Notes under the pieces: model-generated
What the model saw: the letters and a program-made list of their open reading frames with translations, nothing else
Told to the model about the DNA's origin: nothing
Databases searched by the model: none
Source of the DNA: a virus
Taxonomy: Duplodnaviria > Heunggongvirae > Uroviricota > Caudoviricetes
DNA length: 64,000 nt
Direction: 5' to 3' (one strand)
IMG/VR virus record: IMGVR_UViG_2541047857_000009
Program-made: the position numbers and the translations under genes
In this document: piece by piece, positions 9,025 through 18,382 of the stretch
Layout of the letters: each line of letters starts with the position of its first letter
Position numbering within the stretch: position 1 is the stretch's first letter

Positions 9025-9723
9025 TTATGCGAATCTTTTATAATCGACTGACTGTCTCAGCAGTACTTTAGCCATGACGTAGAACGCGTCCTCATCTTCA
9101 GGCTCGACGTACCATTTTTCGTAAATCGGGTTATCGGATATTACTGCCAGCCTGTCTCGCTGCATCTGCAGGCGCTTAACGTGCAGTGTCTTCCCAAATA
9201 CAAAGACGTATACACCGTCACCATCAAAGTGCGTAACACCGGTATCAACGAAGATCTGATCACCTGGTGAAATAGTGCCGTCCATGCTGTCACCATTAAC
9301 TGTGATCACTTTGACATGCGCAGCTGGACGATTGCCGAACAAGGCTCGCGCCTGCTCAGTCGTGTATTCAATGGCTCGGATAGTTTCAATGAAATCGCTG
9401 GTGACAATGCTGCCCGGCCCAGCGCTGGCTTTAACGTCGAGTACATCCACGCGGTAAATCCCATTCAGTGACGGCTTAACCTGGTATAGCGCAGACGGTT
9501 CTCTTGCGCTACTTGAAGCCATTTCCCCTTCACCAGTAGACAGCCACTCCGGCCGCACACCCAGAACAGAGGCAATCTCAACAGTTTTACGGGAGCCGTT
9601 CGCTTCCTTGAGTAGCTTATTGACGCTGGACTGAGCCATGCCGACATCTTTGGCTAACCGGCCCTGTGTATATCCAGCATATTTCATTGCCTGCGCCAGG
9701 CGCTCCGAGAATCCCATATTCAC
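9025..9723 (-). CDS. cI-like repressor (HTH + S24 LexA-like peptidase)
   Basis: N-terminal HTH; C-terminal VNGDSM serine and HVKRLQ lysine of Ser-Lys dyad. Confidence 0.8.
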   Translation of the reverse strand: MNMGFSERLAQAMKYAGYTQGRLAKDVGMAQSSVNKLLKEANGSRKTVEIASVLGVRPEWLSTGEGEMASSSAREPSALYQVKPSLNGIYRVDVLDVKASAGPGSIVTSDFIETIRAIEYTTEQARALFGNRPAAHVKVITVNGDSMDGTISPGDQIFVDTGVTHFDGDGVYVFVFGKTLHVKRLQMQRDRLAVISDNPIYEKWYVEPEDEDAFYVMAKVLLRQSVDYKRFA

Positions 9724-9748
9724 CTCTGTTAATGACTCCTTTAACTCT

Positions 9749-9790
9749 ATCGCTCAAGCGATTATTTAGCAAAAAATCGCCTATGCGATT
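9749..9790. promoter_or_regulatory. OR-like operators between cI and cro
   Basis: Perfect palindromes ATCGCTCAAGCGAT and AATCGC-CTAT-GCGATT. Confidence 0.5.
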
Positions 9791-9844
9791 GACATTCGCT
9801 AAAGTGATAACCATAATCGCTTTAAACTGATAGCTGAGGTGATT

Positions 9845-10096
9845 ATGAAGACCCCAACAGTAGAGAAGAACTCCGCAGTAGAGAAAGCGATTGCCATCGC
9901 TGGCAGCCAGAAAGAACTGGCAAAACGTTGCGGTAAAGCCCAGTCCACTATCTGCGACTGGCTTAACGGAAAGAAACGCATCTCCCCAGTTCACGTTCCT
10001 GAGCTGGTGAAAGCGGTTGGTGGTGAAATCCAGGCTCATGAATTCCGCCCGGACCTGCCTTCCATCTTTCCACACCCTGACAACCATGCCGCTTAA
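9845..10096 (+). CDS. Cro-like HTH regulator
   Basis: Divergent from cI; GSQKELAKRCGKAQSTICDWLNG HTH; GAGG RBS. Confidence 0.65.
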   Translation: MKTPTVEKNSAVEKAIAIAGSQKELAKRCGKAQSTICDWLNGKKRISPVHVPELVKAVGGEIQAHEFRPDLPSIFPHPDNHAA

Positions 10097-10125
10097 CGGC
10101 GGCCCTAACCACGAAAGGGAAAGCA

Positions 10126-10692
10126 ATGCATTCACTTGCGTATCAACAGAGTACCGGACTTGAACAACGTCCGTTGATTTCGATTTATCAAAGTGTTCCG
10201 CGTAATAACCGTAAGCTAACTCGAATACGGGAGGCAGTTAAGGCCTGGCAAAAAGCTACGCCGGGCCAGTCTCAGGTTCACATTTCTCAGCTGGTTGCGA
10301 AAGAGTGGCTGGCGCGCGGCGGGAAGGGGTTGTTACTGGCAGGTTCTGAACACAACACGAAGCAGAACTTCTTCCGGATGATTAACGATCCGGGCCCGAA
10401 GAACGACAAGGGGTTGATGCTACTGATCCCCGTCATTATCGACGTGATGGCGCGGGATAACGAGAAAGTGGCGAGAGAGTTCGGTCTGGTCGCAAAGACT
10501 GAGGCCGAACTGATAGCCGAGGCCATGAAAGAGTGCACTGAAGCGCATCAGGCGAAGTTACTTGGTCAGCCGATACAACGCCTTGAGAAAGAGGTGAGAG
10601 AAGCTGCTGAAGCACTTCTGCGCTTTCTGCCCACTGAATCAATCGCCGCGGTGGTGACAAGTCTGGCCGCTATGGCGCCGGGAGTTATGTGA
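10126..10692 (+). CDS. hypothetical regulator at the cII position
   Basis: 188-aa ORF immediately after cro. Confidence 0.35.
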   Translation: MHSLAYQQSTGLEQRPLISIYQSVPRNNRKLTRIREAVKAWQKATPGQSQVHISQLVAKEWLARGGKGLLLAGSEHNTKQNFFRMINDPGPKNDKGLMLLIPVIIDVMARDNEKVAREFGLVAKTEAELIAEAMKECTEAHQAKLLGQPIQRLEKEVREAAEALLRFLPTESIAAVVTSLAAMAPGVM

Positions 10693-10928
10693 TGGGAAGT
10701 ATCAAAAACGGCGAAAGCCAGTCTGCTCGAACAGAACTGGCCTTCAGATGCAAATCGTGTGCACTCATTGCAGGAGGAATAATGGCAAAAAATCCACGCT
10801 ATTACCATACCGCTGTACATAAAAACATAACCCGCGACCGCTTCATCCGCTCGGTTAACCCGATTGTGGCAGAGAAGATGCGCGCCATCCTGGAAGAACT
10901 GAAACGTAAGGAGAGTGGCCGTGGGTAA
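10689..10928 (+). CDS. hypothetical protein
   Basis: 79-aa ORF. Confidence 0.3.
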   Translation: MMGSIKNGESQSARTELAFRCKSCALIAGGIMAKNPRYYHTAVHKNITRDRFIRSVNPIVAEKMRAILEELKRKESGRG

Positions 10929-11820
10929 CGTATCCAATTTAGCCGAAGCCAGAGAGGCCAGAAGGCTCCAGAAACCGCGCACGAATGACGGTAAGGGGTT
11001 TGCCTTGCTGCACCGTAAAATTATGGATGTGCCGTTCTACAAGGACGCTGAGGCGGCTCATTTATGGGTTCACCTGCTCCTGCGCGCTAATCATGAACAG
11101 ACACTGGTATCGACTGATGTCGGCGATGTGATCTGCGAGCGCGGAGAGTTCATTACCGGGCGAAACACGCTGGCAATGGAAACGGGTTTGACCGCTGATC
11201 GCGTTAAATCACTGCTCCGTAAATTCCAGAACCTGGGCATGATCACCACCAAATCGAACAACCGTTTTACTGTTCTAAAAGTGGTCAAATATGACGAATA
11301 TCAGTCAAATTTTTGTCCAGCCGATGTCCAGCCAGTGTCCAGCGCAAACGCAGCTATATCAATGCCTGCGGAGGCGGAGTGTCCAGCCGATGTCCAGCCA
11401 GTGTCCACAGATAACAATATATTAAATAACTTACTACCTAACGGTAGTAAGTATGTCGCAAATGACCAGAAACCCGCTGAAGAGAAAAAGTCCCGTTTGT
11501 CATGCGATGAAGTATGGCAATGCCTGAAAGACGAACTGCCTGAAGCCCGGGGATGGAGATGCCTCACTGATGAGCGACGCAATCTGATCCGCACCTTCTG
11601 GGGTAAGGCTAACAAAATTGCCCGCAACCTGGACGGCAAGCCGATGGATATGGACGGTTTCAGAAGCTATCTGCGCTACATCGCTCAGAACTGCCGCTGG
11701 ATGCTTGAAGACCGACCAGACCAGAAATCCGGGAAGACCTGGCGCCGCATGAAATTCGATAAGTTCCTGACCGAAAAGCTCTACATCGAAGTGCGCGAAG
11801 GGGATCGTGATGACCGCTGA
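10915..11820 (+). CDS. replication initiator (lambda O-like) containing the origin
   Basis: AAGGAG RBS then GTG; iterons plus AT-rich inverted repeat inside the gene, as in lambda O. Confidence 0.6.
   Translation: MAVGNVSNLAEAREARRLQKPRTNDGKGFALLHRKIMDVPFYKDAEAAHLWVHLLLRANHEQTLVSTDVGDVICERGEFITGRNTLAMETGLTADRVKSLLRKFQNLGMITTKSNNRFTVLKVVKYDEYQSNFCPADVQPVSSANAAISMPAEAECPADVQPVSTDNNILNNLLPNGSKYVANDQKPAEEKKSRLSCDEVWQCLKDELPEARGWRCLTDERRNLIRTFWGKANKIARNLDGKPMDMDGFRSYLRYIAQNCRWMLEDRPDQKSGKTWRRMKFDKFLTEKLYIEVREGDRDDR
11314..11451. repeat. origin-like iterons (six 11-bp TGTCCAGCC repeats in two triplets) plus AT-rich inverted repeat
   Basis: Repeats at 11314, 11325, 11336, 11380, 11391, 11402; ACTTACTACC/GGTAGTAAGT inverted repeat 11428-11451. 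Confidence 0.65.
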
Positions 11821-13243
11821 TTTCATGGCTGTACCACAAAACCTCGAAGCAGAGCAGAGCGTTATCGGTGGCCTGCTGCTGGATGATGACAACAGCGAGC
11901 GAGTCCAGAAGGTTCTGGCGATGCTCAAGCCTGAATCGTTCTACAGCCGACCTCACCAGCTGATCTTTGCCGAGATGCGCCAGATGTTCCGCGACAACAA
12001 GCCAGTCGATGGTCTGACATTGTTCGACGCGCTCGAAGGCAAAGGGCTCGCGGAGCAGGTAGGTGGCTTTGCTTACCTGGCGGAGATCGCCAAGAACACT
12101 CCCAGCGCTGCAAACATCGTGGCATACGCTGCGTCAGTCCGGGAAGCCGCAATGGAGCGCTACGGTATCAGCCGCCTGACCGAAGCTACTGAGCTGCTGT
12201 ATTCCCGCAATGGCATGAGCGCCACGCAGAAGTACGAGGCCATTCAGGGTATTTTCACCCAGCTCGCAGACCATTCAAAAACCGGTAGTCGCCGTGGGTT
12301 GCGGTCGTTCGGCGAGGTTATGGATGACTGGGTAGCAGATCTGGAGAAACGCTTTGACCCTTCAGGCGAACAGCGCGGCATGAGCACCGGCATCCCGTCA
12401 CTCGACCGGCTGCTGGCGCCGAAAGGTCTGGTTAAAGGCTCTCTGTTCGTGATTGGCGCAAGGCCAAAGATGGGCAAGACAACCCTGTACGGTCAGATGG
12501 CGATCAACTGCGCGGTTCGTGAGAAAAAGCCAGCGCTGATGTTCAGCCTCGAAATGCCGGGCGACCAGATCCTCGAAAAACTGGTTGGTCAGAGGTCTGG
12601 AGTTAACCCGAGCATTTTTTACATGCCAGCCACGGATGACGCCGATGACCAGTACCAGGGCGATTACGACGGCGACTTTAAGAAGGCGATCGCCACCGCC
12701 GGGCGATTGAGTGAAATCGACATGCTGTACATCGACGATACTCCTGGCCTGTCACTGGCGCACATCGTTAGCGAAAGCCGCCGAATCAAGCGCGAGAAGG
12801 GCTGCGTAGGAATGATTCTGGTTGACTACCTGACTCTAATGACCGCCGAAAAAGCCGACCGTAATGACCTGGCCTACGGGATGATCACCAAAGGTCTGAA
12901 GAATCTCGCCAAAGAGCTTGGCTGCGTCGTCGTGCTGCTGACCCAGCTCAACCGCGAACTGGAGAAGCGAGTGAATAAACGCCCGTTGCCGAGCGATTCC
13001 CGCGACACAGGGCAGATTGAGCAGGACTGCGACTACTGGGTTGGTATCCACCGGGAAGGTGCTTTCGATGACAGCGTGCCGCCGGGAGAAACCGAGTTAA
13101 TCCTGAGACTCAACCGCCACGGCAGCACCGGAACGGTTTATTGCAATCAGATCAACGGGGCAATTTACGACACAGACCAGCAGGCCGCCGCCGCAGAACG
13201 CCGCGGGCGCGAGCAGCAGCCGAAAAAGAAAGGGGGCTTCTGA
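11807..13243 (+). CDS. DnaB-like replicative helicase
   Basis: 478 aa; Walker A GARPKMGKTT and DnaB-family C-terminal domain. Confidence 0.8.
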   Translation: MMTADFMAVPQNLEAEQSVIGGLLLDDDNSERVQKVLAMLKPESFYSRPHQLIFAEMRQMFRDNKPVDGLTLFDALEGKGLAEQVGGFAYLAEIAKNTPSAANIVAYAASVREAAMERYGISRLTEATELLYSRNGMSATQKYEAIQGIFTQLADHSKTGSRRGLRSFGEVMDDWVADLEKRFDPSGEQRGMSTGIPSLDRLLAPKGLVKGSLFVIGARPKMGKTTLYGQMAINCAVREKKPALMFSLEMPGDQILEKLVGQRSGVNPSIFYMPATDDADDQYQGDYDGDFKKAIATAGRLSEIDMLYIDDTPGLSLAHIVSESRRIKREKGCVGMILVDYLTLMTAEKADRNDLAYGMITKGLKNLAKELGCVVVLLTQLNRELEKRVNKRPLPSDSRDTGQIEQDCDYWVGIHREGAFDDSVPPGETELILRLNRHGSTGTVYCNQINGAIYDTDQQAAAAERRGREQQPKKKGGF

Positions 13244-13542
13244 TGAAAGGCAAACAGGCAATTCTTCGTTATCTCGAAACGCACCGGACCTTCACTGCGA
13301 AGGATGTGGCCACAGAGTGTGGCATGACCATCAACTGCATCACGAAGAACGCTATCGATCTGGAGCGGGCCCGGAAGATTGTGCGCGTGAGCAAGGTCTG
13401 GCGAACGGTGACTTATCGCCAGGCGACGCCGGAAGAGCAGGACGGCACCGCGCGCAGCTGCACCAACGGAATATTTCAGGGGTGCCGGAACAGTCCTGCG
13501 ATGAAGCGAGTATTGATGGTTTGGGGGAGGGAAGGGGTATGA
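13243..13542 (+). CDS. hypothetical protein
   Basis: ORF, internal ATG start abutting helicase stop. Confidence 0.4.
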   Translation: MKGKQAILRYLETHRTFTAKDVATECGMTINCITKNAIDLERARKIVRVSKVWRTVTYRQATPEEQDGTARSCTNGIFQGCRNSPAMKRVLMVWGREGV

Positions 13543-13736
13543 AAATCGAAGATATCAAAAACGTTGCGGTGTTCTTCAATTTTAACGGTAAAACGGTGGC
13601 TTTGCGCATGGATCCTGAGCAGAAGCGAATCGTCGCATTAATGGCGCTTAACACGGCTGATGCCCGGGCAGAACTGATTGAGGTGCCGCACATGACTTTA
13701 CCAGCAGACCCAGCCATGCAGGAGGCCGCCCAATGA
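13539..13736 (+). CDS. hypothetical protein
   Basis: 65-aa ORF with GGGG-containing RBS. Confidence 0.35.
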   Translation: MKIEDIKNVAVFFNFNGKTVALRMDPEQKRIVALMALNTADARAELIEVPHMTLPADPAMQEAAQ

Positions 13737-14338
13737 GCAACATCAACAAACAGGAGCTGCGTGAAGCGGCGGAGAGAGCAGAATCCGATAGTTGGGGTTA
13801 TGATCGCGATGAATTCAATGAGGCTCTAACCCCGTCCACCGTGCTGGCACTGCTAGATGAGTTGGAAGCCAAAGATTCCATGATAGCAGCACAACAACAT
13901 GAGATCCGTACGTTACTGAATGCGCTTGAGGGCAGACCATGCCCTAAATGCAACGACACAGGCATGGCTGATAGTGGCGGTACGCAACCCTGGGGCGAGC
14001 CAATAAGCGTTCCATGTGATTGCGCCGCCCCGCCATCGCCGGTAGCTGTGCCTGAAGGATACAGGTTGCAGCCAATTTCTGAATATGACGCAATGTGCGC
14101 CGCCATGCTTCAGGGTGCCGAAAACGCCGAGTCGCGCTGCACCATCAAGACCGCGCCAGCACTGGATTCTTTGACAAAAAATGCCGAGTCGCGCTGCGGC
14201 AACTCTCCGGTGATTCAGGATGGTTGGGTGCTGGTGCCAGAAGAACCCACCCATGAAATGCTTGAGGCTGGTGATGAACAATTCGGAACTTACGATGTGT
14301 ATCGCCGGATGATAGCAGCATCACCGCAGCAGAAGTGA
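13733..14338 (+). CDS. Ead/Ea22-like protein
   Basis: 201 aa; N-terminal coiled coil; internal NAESRC repeat. Confidence 0.4.
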   Translation: MSNINKQELREAAERAESDSWGYDRDEFNEALTPSTVLALLDELEAKDSMIAAQQHEIRTLLNALEGRPCPKCNDTGMADSGGTQPWGEPISVPCDCAAPPSPVAVPEGYRLQPISEYDAMCAAMLQGAENAESRCTIKTAPALDSLTKNAESRCGNSPVIQDGWVLVPEEPTHEMLEAGDEQFGTYDVYRRMIAASPQQK

Positions 14339-14371
14339 TCTATAATCCCCTCAAATAACCGAGGGGGTTTT

Positions 14372-14554
14372 ATGTCTAACGAAGAAATGACTCCAGCAGA
14401 AAAATATAAAGCTTCAATGAAAAGACATAAAAAGTTCTGGAGTAAATCACAAATTGCAAATGCGAAACGGTTTGATGCTGGAGAGGTTGAATCTGTTGAT
14501 GGTTTTAGATCTCCTTATGAGACCAGAAAGAAGAGAGGGAGGACTGCTGACTAA
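14372..14554 (+). CDS. hypothetical protein
   Basis: 60-aa ORF in AT-richer nin-region segment. Confidence 0.3.
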   Translation: MSNEEMTPAEKYKASMKRHKKFWSKSQIANAKRFDAGEVESVDGFRSPYETRKKRGRTAD

Positions 14555-14808
14555 TGTCTGACTGGAACATTGCAGCAAAGCCGCAGGAAGAACGCGACAA
14601 GGTTAATGTTGACCTGGCAGCCTCCGGCGTGGCCTACAAAGAGCGCCTGAATATGCCGGTTATCGCCGAGCAGGTAGCTCGTGAGCAACCAGAGCATCTA
14701 CGAGAGTATTTCATGGATCGCGTGCGGCACTATCGCGAGCAGAGCGTTGCATTGCCTAAGGCATCTGATCCTCGCTACATTGAAATGACTGAGCAAAATG
14801 CAAAATAA
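14554..14808 (+). CDS. hypothetical protein
   Basis: 84-aa ORF. Confidence 0.35.
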   Translation: MSDWNIAAKPQEERDKVNVDLAASGVAYKERLNMPVIAEQVAREQPEHLREYFMDRVRHYREQSVALPKASDPRYIEMTEQNAK

Positions 14809-14824
14809 ATTTTAGGAGATTCAA

Positions 14825-15085
14825 ATGGAAAATAGCATGAGCATCACAACGATTCTTGAAAGAGAAAGGGAGCTTGATGATCTTGTTAAGGTGTGCCTCG
14901 ATGAGCTTGAGGTGATTGACATCCATGGACAGGTTTACTCAATTCCTCTTTCCCACCTAACGAACGCAGAGCAGGTGGTACATTGGGTCTGGAAGATTGC
15001 TGAGAGAGGTGATTTCGCCATGGATGTTGTTCGTAAATTTACTGAAGTTGCGTCCCATCATGTGGGGTTTGACGCTAAAAAATAA
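14825..15085 (+). CDS. hypothetical protein
   Basis: 86-aa ORF with AGGAG RBS. Confidence 0.35.
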   Translation: MENSMSITTILERERELDDLVKVCLDELEVIDIHGQVYSIPLSHLTNAEQVVHWVWKIAERGDFAMDVVRKFTEVASHHVGFDAKK

Positions 15086-15155
15086 ATCGCCAAGGACCGA
15101 TTTAATAGCTATACACATGTTTTACATTCCGCTCGCATCTTAACCAAATCTTTCT

Positions 15156-15164
15156 TGGTATAAT
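15156..15164 (+). promoter_or_regulatory. extended -10 promoter (TGgTATAAT) for the zinc-ribbon moron
   Basis: Perfect TATAAT with TG at -15/-14, 40 nt upstream of ATG 15204. Confidence 0.45.
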
Positions 15165-15203
15165 GATTTTTTACAGGCGAATGACGTGTGAGGTCCGGGA
15201 TTT

Positions 15204-15401
15204 ATGACTTGTGAAGTATGTAACAAACAACCCCTTGGACGAAGGGACCCGCCTCTTCCATGCATGGTCTTGCAAGGCGATAAATCCGTTAACTTCAGCC
15301 ATCACGGACGCGAAGCAAACGAGCGTTATTACAAATGCTCGGAATGCGGTCATGAGTGGATGAGAGAGACAGGAAATTGCGGCGAAGGCTGGATTCCTTA
15401 A
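15204..15401 (+). CDS. small zinc-ribbon protein
   Basis: 65 aa with CEVC...CSEC Cys pairs; own promoter. Confidence 0.4.
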   Translation: MTCEVCNKQPLGRRDPPLPCMVLQGDKSVNFSHHGREANERYYKCSECGHEWMRETGNCGEGWIP

Positions 15402-15604
15402 CTATATATTGTCGCTATTCGCAAATTGATTTTCTCAAATCATCCCGCCATAATTAAGTCGCAGTCGGCCTGAACACCCGATTGTGACTTCTGCGCATTT
15501 AAGGGGACTTAAATGCGACCACAATCTGAAATCCTCACCTTGTCACAGATGCAGAAATGCACCTGCGATTTTCTGCATTCTGCGGTTTCCGTTAAGGAGG
15601 CCGT

Positions 15605-16060
15605 ATGACTCTTCCAGTAGACGGCATCAAGCTCCATCGCGGCAACTTCGCAGCCATCGGTCAGCAGATTCAGCCCTTGCTTGATGCCGGGCAATGCTTT
15701 CGCCTTCAGGTTAAGCCGTGGCGCGAGAAGCGCAGCCTGTCGCAGAACGCTCTCAGCCACATGTGGTACACGGAAATCAGCGAATGCCTCATCACCCGCG
15801 GCAAGACCTTCGCTACGCCTGAATGGGTCAAAGACGCGATGAAGCACACCTATCTCGGCTACGAAAGCAAGGACAGGGTAGACGTCGTGTCCGGAGAGGT
15901 AACCACGGTCCAATCCCTCCGCCATACGTCAGAGCTGGAAACCGGCGAGATGTACATCTTCCTGTGCAAAGTCGAAGCCTGGGCGATGAATATTGGATGC
16001 CACCTGACCATTCCGCAGAGCTGCGAGTACCAGCAGCTGCGCGATAAGCAGGAGGCCTGA
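15605..16060 (+). CDS. ybcN: YbcN-like (NinB-position) protein
   Basis: RSLSQNALSHMWYTEIS and C-terminal CEYQQLRDKQEA match DLP12 YbcN as recalled. Confidence 0.55.
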   Translation: MTLPVDGIKLHRGNFAAIGQQIQPLLDAGQCFRLQVKPWREKRSLSQNALSHMWYTEISECLITRGKTFATPEWVKDAMKHTYLGYESKDRVDVVSGEVTTVQSLRHTSELETGEMYIFLCKVEAWAMNIGCHLTIPQSCEYQQLRDKQEA

Positions 16061-16230
16061 TGTCTACTCCACTTTCCCGCGTCATCACCAACGAAATCTT
16101 CCGCGTTCCGGCGCGCCGCAAGCGTAAGCCAGCGGTTAAGCCGTCCGACATCCCGACTTTCAAGGACTACACCGCCCGCCTGGTCGATCAGAAATGGCTG
16201 CGTCTCGCGGCGAGGAGAGCGCATGGCTAA
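16060..16230 (+). CDS. ninE: NinE-like protein
   Basis: 56 aa; RRKRKP...SD..TF.DY.A.L.D.KWLR pattern as in lambda NinE; ATGA overlap. Confidence 0.45.
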   Translation: MSTPLSRVITNEIFRVPARRKRKPAVKPSDIPTFKDYTARLVDQKWLRLAARRAHG

Positions 16231-16513
16231 TTTATGCAAAGCCGCACGCGGCCGCGAATGTCAGGTGCGGATCCCCGGCGTCTGTAATGGAAATCCTGAA
16301 ACAACTGTACTGGCGCATATTCGGCTTGCTGGTCTGTGTGGTACGGGAATCAAGCCGCCTGACCTGATCGCCACAATCGCATGCAGCAGCTGCCACGACG
16401 AGATTGATCGACGCACCCGTCTGGTCGATGCGGAATATGCAAAGGAGTGCGCGCTGGAGGGCATGGCCCGCACGCAGGTTATCTGGCTGAAAGAGGGGCT
16501 CGTGAAATCATGA
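16223..16513 (+). CDS. ybcO: DUF1364 / YbcO-like protein
   Basis: [24 protein letters not shown]...CSSCHD close to DLP12 YbcO as recalled. Confidence 0.55.
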   Translation: MANLCKAARGRECQVRIPGVCNGNPETTVLAHIRLAGLCGTGIKPPDLIATIACSSCHDEIDRRTRLVDAEYAKECALEGMARTQVIWLKEGLVKS

Positions 16514-16872
16514 ACCAATACCGTATCTCATTGCCATGGCCGCCGAGCAACAACCGCTACTACCGGCATAACCGCGGGCGCACGCATATCAGCGTAGAAG
16601 GGCAGGCGTACCGCGACAGTGTCGCCAGAATCATCAAAGACTCAATGCTGGATATCGGCCTGTCCACGCCGGTGAAAATTCGCATCGAGTGCCACATGCC
16701 GGATCGCCGCCGCCGTGACCTGGACAACCTGCAAAAGGCAGCGTTCGACGCGCTGACTAAATCAGGGTTCTGGCTCGATGACCAGCAGGTTGATTACTAC
16801 AGCGTGAAGAGAATGCCTGTCGTCAAAGGCGGAAAGCTTGAACTGACAATCACTGAACTGGAGGCAGCATGA
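16510..16872 (+). CDS. rusA: RusA Holliday-junction resolvase
   Basis: 120 aa with RRRDLDN catalytic motif. Confidence 0.75.
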   Translation: MNQYRISLPWPPSNNRYYRHNRGRTHISVEGQAYRDSVARIIKDSMLDIGLSTPVKIRIECHMPDRRRRDLDNLQKAAFDALTKSGFWLDDQQVDYYSVKRMPVVKGGKLELTITELEAA

Positions 16873-17009
16873 AGCCAGAAGCGCTCGAGATAATCCGCAC
16901 TCGTTGGCAGCGACTCCGTATTTACCGCCGCCCTGGATCCGTGCTGGTTGACTACCGAATCCTTCGAAACTTCGTCCGCATTTATCATCAAGCAGGAGCC
17001 ACACAATGA
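16869..17009 (+). CDS. YlcG-like small protein
   Basis: 46-aa ORF, ATGA-coupled to rusA. Confidence 0.3.
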   Translation: MKPEALEIIRTRWQRLRIYRRPGSVLVDYRILRNFVRIYHQAGATQ

Positions 17010-17695
17010 ACAGTCAGCAACTGGAATACGTACGTCAGCAGCTCATTGTGGCGACCGCCGATCTGAGCGGGGCGACGAAAGGCCAACTGGTAGCTTTCGC
17101 CGAGAACGCGCAATTCACCGCTACAGCGCGTAGCCGGGGCCGGAAGAAAGTTTATGATGTGCAGAAAAAGCGCATGGTTAACCCTGATAGTCCGCCGATG
17201 AGCGGCAGCCAGTCCCGCGCCAAGGGATCGTCAATCGCTCTGGTGTGCCCGGTAGAGTTCATGACAGCATCATGGCGCCGCGCTGTCTTGTCTCTTGACG
17301 ACCATCAGAAAGCGTGGCTGCTGTGGAACTACAGTGAGAACATCCGCTTCGAGTACCAGGTGGCGATCACCCATTGGGCGTGGTCAGAATTCCGGGAGCA
17401 ACTTGGCGCGAAGAAGGTGGCTGGCAAGACGATGGAGCGCCTGAAGAAGCTTATATGGCTGGCGGCGCAGGACGTTAAAGCGGAGCTGGCGGGGCGCGAG
17501 ACGTACGAATATCAGGCGCTGGCGGAACTAGCGGGTGTTGCAAAATCAACCTGGACAGAGACGTATCTGCCTCACTGGCTGGCAATGCGTAACAGCTTTA
17601 AGCGACTCGATAGCGGTGCGCTTATCTCAGTAACGCGATCACGTTCACAACAAAAGGCGACAAATTTGGATGTAAGTCTTGCAAAACCGAACTGA
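17006..17695 (+). CDS. putative late antiterminator (Q position)
   Basis: 229-aa ORF between nin genes and lysis cassette, followed by terminator-like hairpin; family not verified. Confidence 0.4.
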   Translation: MNSQQLEYVRQQLIVATADLSGATKGQLVAFAENAQFTATARSRGRKKVYDVQKKRMVNPDSPPMSGSQSRAKGSSIALVCPVEFMTASWRRAVLSLDDHQKAWLLWNYSENIRFEYQVAITHWAWSEFREQLGAKKVAGKTMERLKKLIWLAAQDVKAELAGRETYEYQALAELAGVAKSTWTETYLPHWLAMRNSFKRLDSGALISVTRSRSQQKATNLDVSLAKPN

Positions 17696-17761
17696 AACGC
17701 ATATATTTCATGTAAATATGATATCGTCGCCATAGCTTTGATTGTCGACTGAATATAAAAA

Positions 17762-17790
17762 CCTCGCCACCGTGCGGGGTTTTGTCGTTT
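17762..17790 (+). terminator. tR'-like terminator downstream of Q-like gene
   Basis: CCTCGC/GCGGGG stem (one G.U) plus T-rich tract. Confidence 0.4.
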
Positions 17791-17801
17791 CTGGAGCCAA
17801 C

Positions 17802-18128
17802 ATGTCCGAGAAAATCACAGAGCAATTGGTCTTTCGCCCTGCCAGTGAAAAACTGACAAAGGATCTGGATGGTGAGTGGGTGATTCTGCTCAATCCATGC
17901 GATGGCTGGCATATTGCCCATGTGGTGGCGCTGGAAGAGGATGGCGAGGTCTACCATGTCGGAGCATATCAATTTGCAGGCGGCGAGTTCGAGCCGCACG
18001 AATTTTATGTTGCCTGGGCTTTGCTTCCAGACTCAATAAAACTGTCTGATCGCTTTGAAGATCAGAGGATGAGTCAAGAAATTAGAGACGCTCGCTGGCG
18101 TGAATGGACAGCCAGCATCAATAAGTGA
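17802..18128 (+). CDS. hypothetical late moron protein
   Basis: 108 aa with GGAG RBS; sits between Q and lysis genes. Confidence 0.4.
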   Translation: MSEKITEQLVFRPASEKLTKDLDGEWVILLNPCDGWHIAHVVALEEDGEVYHVGAYQFAGGEFEPHEFYVAWALLPDSIKLSDRFEDQRMSQEIRDARWREWTASINK

Positions 18129-18143
18129 TTTCAAACCAAATTC

Positions 18144-18218
18144 GCCGGTCTAGTTCAGTGGCAGAACGGCAGCCTTGTAAGCTGCGCGTCAGAGGTTCGA
18201 TTCCTTTGCCCGGCACCA
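18144..18218 (+). tRNA. tRNA-Thr (anticodon UGU)
   Basis: Cloverleaf read by hand: acceptor 6/7 pairs, D-arm GTTC/GAAC, anticodon stem GCAGC/GCTGC with loop CTTGTAA, T-loop TTCGATT, CCA encoded. Confidence 0.7.
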
Positions 18219-18275
18219 GAACCCACTGCCTGGGACCCTTCGGCCATAGAGCCGGCATTGCCTTACCCTCACATT

Positions 18276-18298
18276 GCCAGCCTGTCGCTGGCTTTTTT
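18276..18298 (+). terminator. rho-independent terminator after tRNA
   Basis: GCCAGC-ctgtc-GCTGGC plus T6. Confidence 0.7.
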
Positions 18299-18382
18299 AT
18301 TTTCAGGCTCCGGGAACCATCATCGACACGCCTACTTGTTAAATCGTCCCGAGGGCCTGAACCAACTACACACGGAATAAAT

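Noticed and set aside
9617-10135. 172-aa minus-strand ORF spanning OR and cro
   Set aside because: Crosses the operator/promoter region and is antisense to cro; cI and cro assignments explain the region
11314-11416. Possible CRISPR array suggested by short direct repeats
   Set aside because: Repeats are 11 bp with 0-2 bp between them (no spacers) and lie inside a replication gene; they are iterons. No CRISPR array found anywhere in the window
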